Assembly: GCF_006345805.1 (NCBI RefSeq)
Contig: NC_043004.1
Location: 30,132,001-30,196,000, forward strand
Reading direction: 5' to 3'
DNA length: 64,000 bases
DNA from: Octopus sinensis
Taxonomy: Eukaryota
The notes beneath the pieces are model-generated. The model made no database searches. It saw only the letters and a list, made by a program, of their open reading frames with translations, and was not told the origin of the DNA. Each line of letters begins with the position of its first letter. Position 1 is the first letter of the stretch. A program made the translations under genes and the position numbers. This document shows, piece by piece, positions 25,816 through 38,699 of the stretch.

Positions 25816-25878
<63 letters not shown>
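25533..25878. repeat. Compound (TCTA)n/(TA)n/(CA)n/(GA)n microsatellite
   Basis: Direct reading. Confidence 0.95.
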
Positions 25879-25881
<3 letters not shown>

Positions 25882-26816
25882 CTTACAGGCATGGAAAACA
25901 TGTATGCAGATCCTAATACCTATTAGATGCAGCATATACTGTCAGTCAAATAGGAGTGGTGATTTCAAAACACTACTTAATCTGGTTGTTCCACAAATAG
26001 CTCAAAAGAAACACATCACTATGATATCCCTAGTTCTGGGACTTTGCTTTTCTAGACTGTATTGTTAATGGCTGGGATTATTTCAGCTAAATACTTCTCA
26101 TTGTTTTTAAGCCCAACCATAAACTCTAACTCATACAGTGGTAGTCACACATTTAAATGTATATGCAAGATACACACTTTAGATATATATACACTCTATA
26201 AATATATATACAGTCTATGAATACATACACCTATAAATATATACACTCTATGAATATATATGCTCTTTTATTACCCACCAATAAACACTGATTTAGTGGT
26301 CCCCTAATGCCAGCTGATGAATGTTAAGGGTCTATATGTTTTGTAGAGATTCTAGCAAACAGTATTGGACATTTCTTTTTAATTCTTTCAGTCTGAGAAA
26401 TGTTAAGGGAAGATTGAACTTAGAGTACTGAACTTGGTAAATCAAATGGCAGTTAATGAGGAATTGATGTGATGAAGAATGGTGAAACTCATGACATCTT
26501 TGAGGTTTCATAAAGGCATGTGTTCTAGCTATCAATACTTATTGTCTAGCGTGAGAAAGAGAGGAGGAGAGATAGATAGATAGAGAGAAAGAGAGAGGGA
26601 GGTAAGGGAAGAGAGAGAATGGGGAGTAAATGGGATGCTATGGGTGCCACCCAGGAGGCCCATGAGCCAGAGAATGATATAATCTCATTGAATTTCAAAG
26701 AGATTGGTGATCTACTCCAGTAGAGCACCTGGGTCCAAGGGACACACCAAAATGATACTTGTCATGAGATTGTAGTAGACTGTACTGCAGGAATTAAAGA
26801 GGATAAAAAATAATAG

Positions 26817-28811
26817 TATGAGAATTGGCTGAAAAGTCCATAGGCTGACCAAAATATTCATGGAATGTGACCAGATAAGGTTTATTTTTCAATAGTTCTT
26901 ACAGTCATCACACTTCACATTACAGCACACATTGGTATTACTGTGCTTGGATCCCATTAGTGAAGGAGCTTTCATCTTGTTTAGACTACAAATGTTAAGG
27001 CATGACAAACATCTCAAGTCATATACGTTATTAATATTGGAAAAATTCAAAGTCTGACAACTGTTTCTGGGATATCCCAAAGTATGGAATATTCTGTCAT
27101 CAGAGTCAAATTGGGGAAAATATAAAGGGTACAGATTAATGAAACAATGACATAGGGGACAGGAGAAAAGGAATAAAGAAATGAAGAAATAAAGAAGCTT
27201 AAGAGTTCATAGTTCAACTTTTTGATAGTGTAGATGTTAATCAATAAATCCTTAAGTGCAATCCCATGTAAATCCATGTGTGGTTATAGCCTTAATAGTG
27301 TAAAATATTGTAAATATCCAGAGATAAACATGAATGTATCGAAGTTTTGTAAGAGAATGGTAGCAGATGTGGCTATTAAGGGAAAAAGAGAAAGAGAAAT
27401 AAATAGAAAGAGAGGAAGGTGTTGGTAGTGATCGCAATACCAGAGGGTGCACACTCTCCTACCCTGATGTAATCTCCAGGGATACAGGCATCCAGCAACA
27501 GGACCTCCGTAATGCCATGATGGACTGTGAAGTCTGGCGTAGCATGGTAAATTCCATTGTCTCGACCACGGTCGAACAATGATGAAGCAGGAGGTGCAGA
27601 AATTGGAGGAGGAAAGCAAGGATTGGTATGAAGGATAAAATAAATTATATAAAAATATAATGTACAAAAATAAACAAGATAAATAAATAAATATATAAGA
27701 GTAAATAAGGAAAGAGGAAGAAGTAAAGGAAGATAACATAAAAAACAAAATAGAGTAAGATGAAAGGGATTCAAAGAGAATAGTAGATGCCAGTGCTATT
27801 CCTCTAGTTTGTAGGGGTTGGGGAGGAAATCTAGTAGTAAGTGTTTGTGTCTGTTTTAAGGCTAAGGTCTGGCTGAAGAAATATTTTTAGCTCTGGGGGT
27901 ATGAGTGTGTAGGTAGTTGTGAATAGAGAAACTAGTTGAATGTTAAATTATTTAGGAATAAGAGTTACAGCTAAATATTAGGGGATTTAATAGGTTAAGG
28001 TTTAAAAATAAATTTGAGAATTAACAGTTATCTTGTAAGGTACTAAAATAGATTGAAGAGATATACAAGGATATGTATTAATGATCATGGAGGTATGTGT
28101 GTGAGTGTTATGTCTAGTGGGTAAGTTTAAATTTGTGACTTATGGAAGAATTAAAAAGTGTGGAAGAATTTGTTTTTACACAATGTGAAGGCATTGTTTT
28201 GTTTGTTAAGCAACTGTAGTGAGCTATGGGTTAAAATTTCGACTTGTGGACTCTGCCTAAAAGAAGCCCCTGGTCTGGGAATTGAACTCAGTACCTCATG
28301 ATTGTGAGCTCAACACTCTAACCACTGAACCATGTGCCTTCACTAATCACCTGTGTAGGCTACCGTGAAATACTGGTCAATAAAGTGAAATCAGCAATTC
28401 ACACCAAATATTGAGGTCTATTGTGAAATTAAGTGTTAAGTTTGCCTGACAATGCACACCCACATATGGTTGCCCACACTTTTGAAACCATTGAAAAGTT
28501 GGGTTTTGGGTTGGTGGAACACCCTGCATGGAGTCCTGATATTGTCCCTTCTGACTATCAGCCCCTTGGACTGCTCAGACATTCTTTATGAGGTTGTCAA
28601 TTTGATTTGAATGAAGAAGTGCAGAAAGTTGGTGCATAAATGGGTGCATGACCAGCTGAAAATCTTCAATAGAATAAGCAAGTTTGTTGTCTGTTGGAAG
28701 AAGTGCCTTGAAAAGCAAGGATACTGTTGAAAAATGATGCAATTGTTCAACCCTTGCTTTTGTTTTAATAAATTACAGAAATTTCAGTATGTATAATCTT
28801 CAACTTATACT

Positions 28812-28815
<4 letters not shown>
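26817..28815 (+). mobile_element. Mariner remnant probably interrupted by other insertions (~27010-28340)
   Basis: Left end tatgagaattggctgaaaagt. 28440-28620 translates LPDNAHPH..HPAWSPDIVPSDY..EEV. The right end aatcttcaacttatacttat is weakly complementary to the left end. Confidence 0.65.
27430..27587 (+). mobile_element. RTE-type LINE 3' end (different family)
   Basis: RGCTLSYPDVISRDTG..DLRNAMMDCEVWRSMV followed by stop codons and tgatga. Confidence 0.65.
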
Positions 28816-28844
<29 letters not shown>

Positions 28845-28847
<3 letters not shown>

Positions 28848-29823
28848 ATCAAAACAAAAATAGAACAAGAACGTAACAGGTAAAAAAAAAAAATCAGACA
28901 GTTAGATGATACTAAAAAGGACAGGGAAAAACAAAGACAGGTCATTCAGAGCTTTCAATCTTCAGTCAAGTACCAGATCGTCTTTGCAGTTTTGGCTGAT
29001 TACTCTCAGCACTACTCTAATTTGGCTGGTCCCAAGAAAATCTAAGCTAAGAGCACTAGATTCTTTGGAAGAAAGCAAGCAAATGTATACAAAAACATGG
29101 ATGAAAAACCAGAGAAATGGTGTACAATTACAAATGACAAGACATTAACAATAGGTGTCTTTCGACTAAGGATGAATTAAATTAAGCTGACGTTGTGTGT
29201 GGAAGTGAAGCCTTATAGCAGGAACATAGAAGATGAAAGTCATGGGAAGGAATATAAGAGATGCTACCCGGATGGTAGTTGAACCAAGAAAGAAAGGTCA
29301 GGCTTGGCCAAACACCAGTCATGTGGAAGGAGAGGAGAAAGGTAAGGAGTAGAGGGATTGAAGAATTAGGGATGGACGAGAAAGAGAGAAAAAGGAAAGG
29401 AATAGAGTGAGGGAGAGAGATGAGAATGAAGGGAAGGCCAAGAAATATGGGAGAGAGTGGGAGCGAGAAAAAGAAAAGTGGAAGGAATGAAGAAAGTGTG
29501 AAGGGGGCTAAAGGAAAGAGTAAAAGAGTTGTACAGAATTTAGACATACATATATGTACTTACATACAGGAGAACAAAAGTGTACATATGCCACAATACG
29601 TACATATAAAAAACAAAACAAAAAATGGAACAAGAAATTAACAGACAACAACAGCACATTTAGACAGTTGGACGATACAAAAAAGGACAGGAGAAAACAA
29701 GCACGGGTCATTCAGAGTTTTCAATCTTCAGTCGAGTACCTGATCATCTTTGCAGTTTTGACCAGTTACTCTCGAGACTGCTCTAATCTGGCCAGCCCCA
29801 GAAAATCTAAGCTAAGAGCACTA
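28845..29823 (-). mobile_element. Element bounded by ~220-bp direct repeats (28845-29060 / 29610-29823) around a purine-rich core; Penelope pLTR-like
   Basis: Both repeats contain ggtcattcagag..ttcaatcttcagtc.agtacc...aaaatctaagctaagagcacta. Confidence 0.6.
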
Positions 29824-29845
29824 CATATATATATACTAGACTACC

Positions 29846-30150
29846 ATGGAGGTGCAATGGCCCAGTTGTTAGGGCAGTCATAGGATCACAGTTTCAGTTC
29901 CCAGATTGGGCATTGCGAGTGTTTATTGAGCGAAAACACCTAAAGTTCCATGAGGCTCTGGCAGGAGGTGGTGGTGAATCCTGCTATACTCTTTCACCAC
30001 TACTTTTTCTCACTCTTTCTTCCTGTTTCTGTTGTACCTGTATTTCAAAGGGCCAGCCTTGTCACACTCTGTGTCATGCTGAATCTCCCTCAAGAACTAC
30101 ATTAAGGGTACATGTGTCTGTGGAGTGCTCAGCCACTTGCACGTTAATTT
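29846..30150 (+). mobile_element. tRNA-derived SINE (family C)
   Basis: ggaggtgcaatggcccagt.gttagggc head; homologous to 35362-35665. Confidence 0.8.
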
Positions 30151-30252
30151 CAACTGGAACCCTCATTGTCGTAACCAACAGAGTGCCACACCATGAGTAG
30201 ACTACCTGTGACCTGTTGGATCACCTGGAAAGTCTGAGTTTCCCAGAAAAGG

Positions 30253-30365
30253 AAAGATTTGGCTGCTATTTCTGGCACATACCATGTAACAGGTATTTCG
30301 GGTCCTTTATTGCAAATAGCTGTTAGGTAGTAGCAGGGTGTGCTAGAAATAGCAGCCAAATCTTT
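30253..30365. repeat. 27-bp inverted repeat
   Basis: aaagatttggctgctatttctggcaca versus tgtgctagaaatagcagccaaatcttt (one mismatch). Confidence 0.85.
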
Positions 30366-30421
30366 GGAACTGAGATATGTTGAATGCACTCAGAAAAAGT
30401 TTTGTAATGGTATTCCCTTGG

Positions 30422-30574
30422 GGTGATCTTTCACTTTGACTTTCAGAATTGTCGTTTTGACTCACAGAACTGTTATCTAGATCAACTGGTTTTGTTCGTT
30501 AATTTCTGTAAAAATTTTTTAATGGAAATTAACGAACTTTGGAACAGTTCTGAGAGTCAAAGTGAAAGATCACC
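30422..30574. mobile_element. Small MITE-like element
   Basis: Perfect 20-bp TIR ggtgatctttcactttgact / agtcaaagtgaaagatcacc. Confidence 0.7.
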
Positions 30575-30617
30575 ATTCACCTGAAAATAATTTTTAAAAA
30601 ATGAAAATATTATCTGT

Positions 30618-31124
30618 TTAAAGAAAGCTAAAATATAAATAATTACTGTACAAACAACTTAAATTTTTGAAATCACATTCAATTAAAAATATTTCTAAAT
30701 AATTAAAATATTGTGTACGTCAAAAAGTCAACGTTTTTTTCTTTGAGAGTGCGAAGACTTTGTGTGTTTGTGTATGTCACAGATAGCGGACATGTGTTTG
30801 TTTTAATTGACACCGCATGACATATATGTGTATTCTGTATATGTGTATGTGTGTTGACGTCACAGAAGCCATGATTTTTCGTCAAGAAATAGCTAACAAA
30901 AATTGTGTTTAATTGTCTTCATTAATAAATAGAGGTCCAAATATTACAAAAGTTCGTACAGCACTGTCGAGGGTAAGTATGAAAATAAATATGTAAAAAA
31001 AAATTAAGATAAAATATATTAGAACAAGTAGAAAGATAAATTTTTTTCAACACATAAATATTGAACAGTATTTACGTGCCAAATAAAAAAATCGATAGAA
31101 ATATTATTTCTAAGTTTCTCTAAA
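30618..31124. mobile_element. Possible Kolobok-like non-autonomous DNA transposon
   Basis: ttaaagaaagct... and ...agtttctctaaa form imperfect TIRs; internal tgacgtca motifs. Confidence 0.35.
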
Positions 31125-31321
31125 GGAGACTATGGCAGCAGTACTGGATATTAATAGTTATTGCCAAGCTAATAATGTAGTCCATAAATATAGGACGAAA
31201 GCTGCCATTGATTAGCTCCAAGGGGCCATCGCCTCTAGCTAGCTATGTGACACACGGACTGGTGTCTATTATAACCTTCAAACAGGGGAGGTCAGCCGCT
31301 CCCCCTTGCTGGTCTGGCATC

Positions 31322-31360
31322 TGCAGACTAGTTTCAGGGTATTTGCCCTTTATCAATGCA
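31322..31360 (-). ncRNA. Minimal type I hammerhead motif at the apex of a long hairpin (31271-31412)
   Basis: tgca-TTGATAA-AGGG-caaata-CCCT-GAAA-CTAG-TC-tgca. Stems are perfect, stem III is palindromic (ACTAGT), the GTC triplet is present, and the core has two transitions. Confidence 0.8.
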
Positions 31361-31452
31361 GAGTAGCCGAACCCAGCAGGCGTCGCTACTGACCATCTGT
31401 TTGAAGGATTATTTACTCAAATATGTATACATATGTATATATATGTGTGTAT

Positions 31453-31483
<31 letters not shown>

Positions 31484-31494
31484 GTATATAAATA

Positions 31495-32250
31495 ATAGAA
31501 ATATGTTTCAAAAAGAAAATAGAAACTACACATGGAAAAGATATGGGGAAAGTAAGAAGAAAAAATGAAAATGCACATTGAATATCAAAAAAATAAAGGC
31601 TTTTTTATGAAAAGTAGCAATAAATAAATACAATAAGATGAACTGAGCTAGGTAGAATCAAGAGGAATTAAATTCATTATTTTGAATTGTTAAAGAGATT
31701 CAAGGTCAAACTGGTATCGTCATTGATGTTCATTGGTTTTGAATATATATGTAAAATTTAATATAAGCAGCTATGCACAATATACATCCATAAAGGAAAA
31801 ATTTAATCACCACTAAAATTGTGACTAAAAGTGCTGAAAAGCACCTATATTGTTAGAAATAAGAGTTAAGACATAACTGCTTAAACAAACATTTATATAC
31901 ACTGACAGGGGAGATAAACATCTCATGAGCAAAGGTGGAAACCATTGGACTGGACTAGTTTTGTTTATCGATTGCAGAGTCATCTGCAGTGTCTATCCCC
32001 ATTGTTCAGATGATTCAGATGGTTCAGCCAAATCCCTCTGTCAAGGGGTGTTGGGTACATTCTAGTAGTAAGCTGATGAAGCACATTCACTGCTTGAATG
32101 GCTGATTCATTTAAAAGGCGATATTGAAACCATATCTCTAGCTTCAACAAAGTCATCAAGAGTCACTCAATAACAGCCTGGGTCAAGTGAAATGTTTTTG
32201 TATAATGTAGATAAATTAAGAAATGGAGTCAAACGCATGTGTTATTCAAC
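31495..32250 (+). mobile_element. Unclassified TA-flanked repeat, same family as 58070-58700, with a possible hammerhead remnant at ~32068-32145
   Basis: tagaaatatgtt.caaa.agaaaata...tgaaaatg.acattg...aaaggctttt is shared. CTGATGA at 32072, an internal hairpin, then GAAA at ~32126. Confidence 0.55.
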
Positions 32251-33119
32251 TCATTTATACATATATATATATATATATCATCATCATCATCGTTTAACGT
32301 CCGTTTTCCATGGGTTGGACGGTTCAACTGGGGCCTGGGAAGCCAGAAGGCTGCACCAGGCTCCAGTCTGATCTGGCAGTGTTTCTACAGCTGGATACCC
32401 TTCCTAATGCCAAGTATATATATATATATATATATATATACACAACCATTGGCAGATTTTCTGTTGCACTCAACATCATTGGTGGATTAAATATGATCTG
32501 ACTTGGTCCACAATGAAACATCTACAATCATACAATGCCCTTTCCAGGAGATGTGGAGTATGCTCAGAGTAATTGTTGTGCATTTTGTTGAGAAGGGAAT
32601 GGATTATTAATAAATTCTCAGAAAGAGTGGTAATGTGCTTGCATGCTAGCAAATACATATTTGCATTCTACAGTAAGCAAAATTTATGACAGACAGACAC
32701 TGACTTGATTAGCATCTACAGATTACTGATACTTCTAGCTAGTGAACCTAAACTTCCCCCAGGAACACGCATTTGAGATACTTCATGGGTCTACTATGTT
32801 GTATGGTAACTATTTGTTCACTACCTTGCATATACTTGCATCTATCCTTACATACTGTCTTCCAAGTGATGAACACATTATCACCTATGCTCAACAACAC
32901 AGGATATCTCTATACTGGCCATAAACTGTTCCTTCAACCATCTGTTGCATGAAAAATTGCTTATCCTACCAACACCTATAGACTCACAATATTGTTAATA
33001 CAATTAAAGATGGACTACACAGGAACCTATAATGATGGATTGTCCTTCGAACTAATTTGCATGAACAGACCTGTTGATTAGCACATGCAATATGTGCATG
33101 AAATTATTGCTGTTATAAT

Positions 33120-34185
33120 ATTGCAATAAACACTGAAGGTGTACAGAAAACAGCTTCCATCACATGCTAGGGGGGAAAAACTAGAAGTAGTTGATTGCTT
33201 CCATTACATAGGTGACCAAAGTTATTGGATGCTCTGAGAGCTTAGCTGCTAGAATAAGAATAGCCTGGGTAAAGTCAGAGAGCTCTTACCTTTGCTGGTA
33301 ACAAAGGGCCTCTCACTCAGAGTGAAAGGTAAACAGTATGATGCATGTGTGTGAACAGTCATGCTACATGGCAGTCAAACATGGGCTGTGACTGCTGAGT
33401 ACATGTGTAGGCTTGAAAGAAATGAAGCTAGTATGCTCCACTGGATGTGTAATGTCAGTGTGCTTACATGACAGAGTGTAAGCACCCTGAGAGAAGAGTT
33501 AGACATAAGAAGCATCAGATGTGGTGTGCAAGAGAGACTATTGCACTGGTATGGTCATGTGTTGCGTATGGATGAAGACAGCTGTGTGAAGAAGTGTCAC
33601 GCCCTAACAGTGGAAGGGACCTGTGGAAGAGATAGACCCTGGAAGACATGGAATGAGGAGGGGAAGCATGACTTTGAACATTGAGCCTCACATAGGAAAT
33701 GTCAAGTGACCAAGACCTTTGGAGATATGCTGTGATTAAGACCTGACAAGTAAAGTGAGATTATAGTGAGATTATATGGCTTATGCCAGTGTTGCATAAC
33801 TGGCCCGTTAAAAAGTACCCTTCAATCATCAGGCAATATGCTGTGCTTGGGAAGACCTGCTGAATCAAGTGAAATCATAGTTGTGGTCAATGACAGTGCC
33901 ATCTGATTGGCTTATGTGCTGGTGGCACGTAAAAAGTACCATTTGAATGTGGTTGATGCTAGTTCCACCTGACTGGCTCCCATGCCAGTGGCATTCAAAA
34001 AGCACCCACTACACTCTCAGAGTGGTTGGTGTTAAAAAGGGTATCCAGCTGTAGAAACACTGCCAGATCAGACTGGGCCTGGTGTAGCCTCCTAGCTCAC
34101 CAGTCCTCAGTCGAACCATCCAACCCATGCCAGCATAGAAAGCGGATGTTAAACGATGATGATGATGATGATGATGATGATAATG
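33120..34185 (+). mobile_element. RTE LINE 3' portion
   Basis: KLEVVDCFHYIGDQ, LLVTKGLSLRVKG..YDACV, HWYGHVLRMDEDSCVKK, 3' UTR and a (GAT)n tail. Confidence 0.88.
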
Positions 34186-34249
34186 ATTATATATTTATTT
34201 ATATATTTATACATATGTATATATGTCTACAGATGTGTGTGTGCATATG

Positions 34250-34291
<42 letters not shown>

Positions 34292-35044
34292 TATACACAC
34301 ACATGCATATTTATACACATACTATATGTATATATAAATAGATATATGTCTGCATGTATGATGTATGTGTATGTTACTGTCACACACGCTTGCACTTGTC
34401 CTTCAAAAATACTTTGATCTTCTATTTTCACCTTTACGCAAAAATGAACATCTCAACTTGGCTGAGATAATTTTTGGCCCAAGAAGCACAGACAAATCAC
34501 TTTGATACAATTTTACAATGATAAGAATACTGGAACTTGTAGGAAAGATCACTGAAGTTTGTTAATTTGGTCGTATAAAGATCTTTTTTCGGAAAAAGAG
34601 TTTTTTATGTAAATATTATTCATGGAAATAGCAATTGTCATAGGATTTTACTTCTCTTTAATAAAAAGAAAACTAGAAACATTTATCATTGGACTGTTGT
34701 TAAATGTTTCTACATTGTCAATTCCCTGTTATTGAGTATAGGAGATGGCCGTCATTGATAGATGAGGTGGATGTCCGGTGAGACCTGCTGATAACGGCTG
34801 AAGAAAAGACATTGGAATTACTACTACTACTACTACTACTACTATAGCAACAACTACCACCACCACTTCCCACCACCACCACTTCCCACCACCACCACCA
34901 CAACAACATATAACTGAAATTTTGTTAAATATTGTTTTGTAGTTTTCAGACAAAATTAGTACTAGTACTTTATTAAAACTTGTTTCAAAGACTGTTGAAT
35001 CTCTCACTCTCTCTCCCTCTCTCACTCCAGACACACACACACAC

Positions 35045-35195
35045 ACCAGGCTTCTTTCACTTTCTGTTTAGAAAATTCACTCACAAGGGTTTGTTCAGTG
35101 TAAGGCACCATTAGAAGACACCTGTGAAAAATGCAGCACAGGGGAACAGAGCCTGAGACCACAGGGTTTGGAAGTAAAATTCTTAACTGCAACCA
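35045..35195 (-). mobile_element. Decayed tRNA-derived SINE (family B, CORE-like)
   Basis: Homologous to 44640-44930. Other copies at 39735-40110(-), 45820-46290, 48534-48700, 53590-53760 and 60875-61003(-). Confidence 0.7.
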
Positions 35196-35199
35196 TACA

Positions 35200-35328
<129 letters not shown>

Positions 35329-35361
35329 TTAGCCGCCAATTTATTTATCTATATGTATGTG

Positions 35362-35665
35362 TGGAGGCGCAATGGCCCAGTGGTTAGGGTAGCGGACTCG
35401 CGGTCGTAGCATCACAGTTTCGATTCCCAGACCGGGCGTTGTGAGTGTTTATTGAACAAAAACACCTAAAAGCTCCACGAGGCTCCGGCAGGGGGTGGTG
35501 ATCCCTGCTGTACTCTTTCACCACTCTTTCTCCTACTCTTTCTTCTGTTGGCCTGCTCGCTTAGCCAGCGGGGTGGCGTCATTCGAAGGCTAAAACAATG
35601 CGAACGCATTGTGACCAGCGATGTGTAACAACATCTGATGGTCTGGTCAGTCACATGATCACGTC
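35362..35665 (+). mobile_element. tRNA-derived SINE (family C), young copy
   Basis: tggcccagtggttagg (A box) and gtttcgattccc (B box); CpG-rich. Confidence 0.85.
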
Positions 35666-36070
35666 ACGTGATATGTATGTACGTGCGTACATACGTACAT
35701 ACATACATTATGTACGTACGTATGTACATATGTATACATACATACATATGTATGAATGTAACATCTGCTTGTTTGCTTGTTATACTTTAGTTAGTTAGAG
35801 AAGTGGAGTTAGTGAGAGGTGGAATAAAAGTGAGAGAGAGAGAGAGAGGGGGAGGGAGAAATGTGAGTAGAGAAGAAAGAAGAGAGGAGTATAATAATAC
35901 ACTAAGGCCAAATGCATCAAGTGGTTAGATGAAGGGAGAGGCAAAGAGTGAGAGAAAAGTGGGAGAGAGAAGTGTTAATGATGTGCAGTAGGGTGGGGAG
36001 GTAACGGTGAAGAGAAAGAGAGAAATGTTAAAGACATGAAAAGAGGAATTATGTGATTCAAAAGTTTGTT

Positions 36071-36118
<48 letters not shown>

Positions 36119-36854
36119 ATATAAAATGCCCAGCAGAGAGAAATTTTAAAAATCATCTGAAATGAAATAACTTAGCAAAATAAAGATAAAAATGCAAATC
36201 ATCCTTTCTCTATTAAATACCTTCTCTTAATTTTTTTACTCTATGGAATTTCCACAGGTCCCACTAGGTTTATACATCTGAACTGTAATATTGAAGTCAA
36301 ACCAAATAGTGATATTTTGAATTCTTTTAACACATACATTTCAGGTTTGTGTTATATATAATAGGAAATGCATCCTTTATGTAAACCTACCTCAGTTGAA
36401 GCATTTCCAAATAGGAAGAAATGGATGGAAATATTTCAATATATGTGTGTGTGGTTAGAGAAGTAAATCAGCTCGTAAGTTAGGAGGATAGATAACTGTA
36501 TATAGAGTGGGAAAAAGAAGATCAGGTGAGATAGAGAGTAGGGAGAGAAAAAAAGGGAGACAAATGGTAGAGAAGAATATATATAAGGTAAGATAGTGGT
36601 GTAGTGAAGAAAAGATGTATGAGGGAATAGTATTGTATTTATTTGTATATGAAGCCTCAGGAAAAATTGTTGAAGAATGTCAGATTGAGAAGATCAAGAA
36701 TTTAGATGAGAGGATGGGAATGAAGTGAATCAGGTGCCAGTGCGTGGTTAAGAGTTTTAGTGAATGGTATTTATCATATATGGCCATGAAGATGTGGTGT
36801 CAGTGTTTTGGACTAAACAACTACAACAGAAACAAAAAAAAGCAACAACAACAA

Positions 36855-37060
36855 TAATGGTGACGTGGTAATGTGGCTAAGTTTGTTCACTGGAGACTGT
36901 GAAAAGTACGATTTTGGAAGAACATGGAAATAGTACAAACATGAACCAGAAGGCATCACTGAGAATAATGAATATAAATTCTTGTGGGATTTTATAATCC
37001 ACTGTGACTGTCTAATTAATGCTCAAATACCAACATTGTTGTAGTGGATAATAGGAAAAA
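36855..37060 (+). mobile_element. R4/Dong-like LINE C-terminal (restriction-like endonuclease) fragment
   Basis: VAKFVHW...KHEPEGITENNEYKFLWDFIIHCDCLI....IVVVDNRKK. Confidence 0.75.
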
Positions 37061-37395
37061 GTTTGAGAAGGAAACGATGCCCCACCCACCATGTTCACCG
37101 GACACTAGTCCATCTGATTATCATTTATTCCGTAGTCTTGTAGTCTTTAAAATCAATTGTGCGGAAAAAGTATGAATTCTGTGGACAAGGTCAGAACAAT
37201 ACTGGAGGTGTGTTTTTTGTCACAGATAAGTGAATTTTGGAAGAGAGACCTTGCAAGTCTACCAGATAGATAGAAGAGCATTGTAGAAAATGAAGGGGAG
37301 TGCATTTTAGATTGAAAAAGAACTTTGTTTATCTTAATTTTGAAATATAAAAGAGGTATAAAAAAAAAACGCATTATTTATGGCATGACCCAATA
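37060..37395 (+). mobile_element. Mariner transposase C-terminus plus right TIR
   Basis: ETMPHPPCSPDTSPSDYHLFRSL; ends with cgcattatttatggcatgacccaa-TA. Confidence 0.82.
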
Positions 37396-37479
37396 TATAT
37401 ATGATTGATTGATTCTAGTTTCAGCTCACGAGCTGTGGCCATGCTGGGGCACCGCCCCAGAAGGCATATATATATATAT

Positions 37480-37529
<50 letters not shown>

Positions 37530-37633
37530 AGATATGTACATTCACATGCAAATGCAGACATGATTATATATTTCTACAGACAGGGACACACACAAGTGCA
37601 TGCATATACATATATACATGCACATGGATATAT

Positions 37634-37664
<31 letters not shown>

Positions 37665-38039
37665 GTGTATAAAAAATATACAAGTATACTATTAATAATG
37701 AAATTAATAATATTAATGGCTATTCAAAGCATGAGCTATGCAGGCAAGTTTTAAAAATTTTATGGTATCGAAAGAGTACCAGCTTTACTAGAGATGGAAG
37801 TCAAATTAGTTCATCTATGTATGTGCCTTCAGGCCATCAAATGAACAAACAAGCACGGTTGAAGGGAATATGTTTAAATTTGACCTATTTTGTGGTAAGC
37901 TTTACTGAGAATGGGATAAGAATGTATAATTCAGAGCCCAAAACCACTATTAAGCTATCTGCCATTTCCTCTGCAAACTTTGCAAAGGTGGAAGCCTAAT
38001 TTTTAATTCTTATTCCTTGACTAATTTTTCAACATGCTT

Positions 38040-38690
38040 GTTCATAAAGTGAGCTTTCTGTGGCTTCTGAGGTCATTTGAATTCTATATATATGTGTTCT
38101 TTTTTCCATGGCAAAAGAGTCAGAGAGATTACCACCAAACTTAACCCTAGCTTTCATATCTTGATACAAAGCCCTGATCATGTTTACAGATTTTTCTGGG
38201 CAACCTATTTTCCTTAGAATTAGCTACAGAGCATTTCAATTAACAGTATTGAATGCTTTGCTCAAATCAACAAAGCAATGGTATAGAGCAAGATTCTGTT
38301 CAATGCACTTTCCCTGAAATTGTCTGATAGTAAAAATACAATCAACTGTGCCCTTGGAGGAGCAAAAACCACATTGAAACTCAAATGTTATATTTGGAAT
38401 TATGAAGGTCTTTAAATGTTCTAATAGAGTGCAGGCAAGTACCTTTCCGGTCACAGACAAAAGTGAAATCCACGAAAATTACCACACAGATCTTTTGGCC
38501 CCGATTTATACAAAGAGACTAAAATGGCATCAATCCAGTCCTGAGGCACTTTCTCAGTTCTCCAACAGTGACAAATTAGTATATTTAAGAGTTCAAACAT
38601 TTTGTCACCCCCATATTTCACGATCTCTGCACAGATTCCATCAGACCTTAGAGACTTATTGTTATTCAGCTTATTCACAAATAGATAAAT
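38040..38690 (-). mobile_element. RTE/BovB-like RT fragment
   Basis: DGICAEIVKYGG..VPQDWIDAILVSLYK..CGNFRG and QCGF..GTVDCIFTIRQFQGKCIEQN..FVDLSKAFNTVN. A further piece, NQMRWSGHIV, lies at ~39100-39250. Confidence 0.85.
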
Positions 38691-38699
38691 ATCATATGT

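Noticed and set aside
31165-31222. Plus-strand hammerhead (GTCC..GGAC-GAAA-GCTG..TAGC-TC)
   Set aside because: No CUGANGA box adjacent to stem II (CTAATAA lies 4 nt away) and no stem I.
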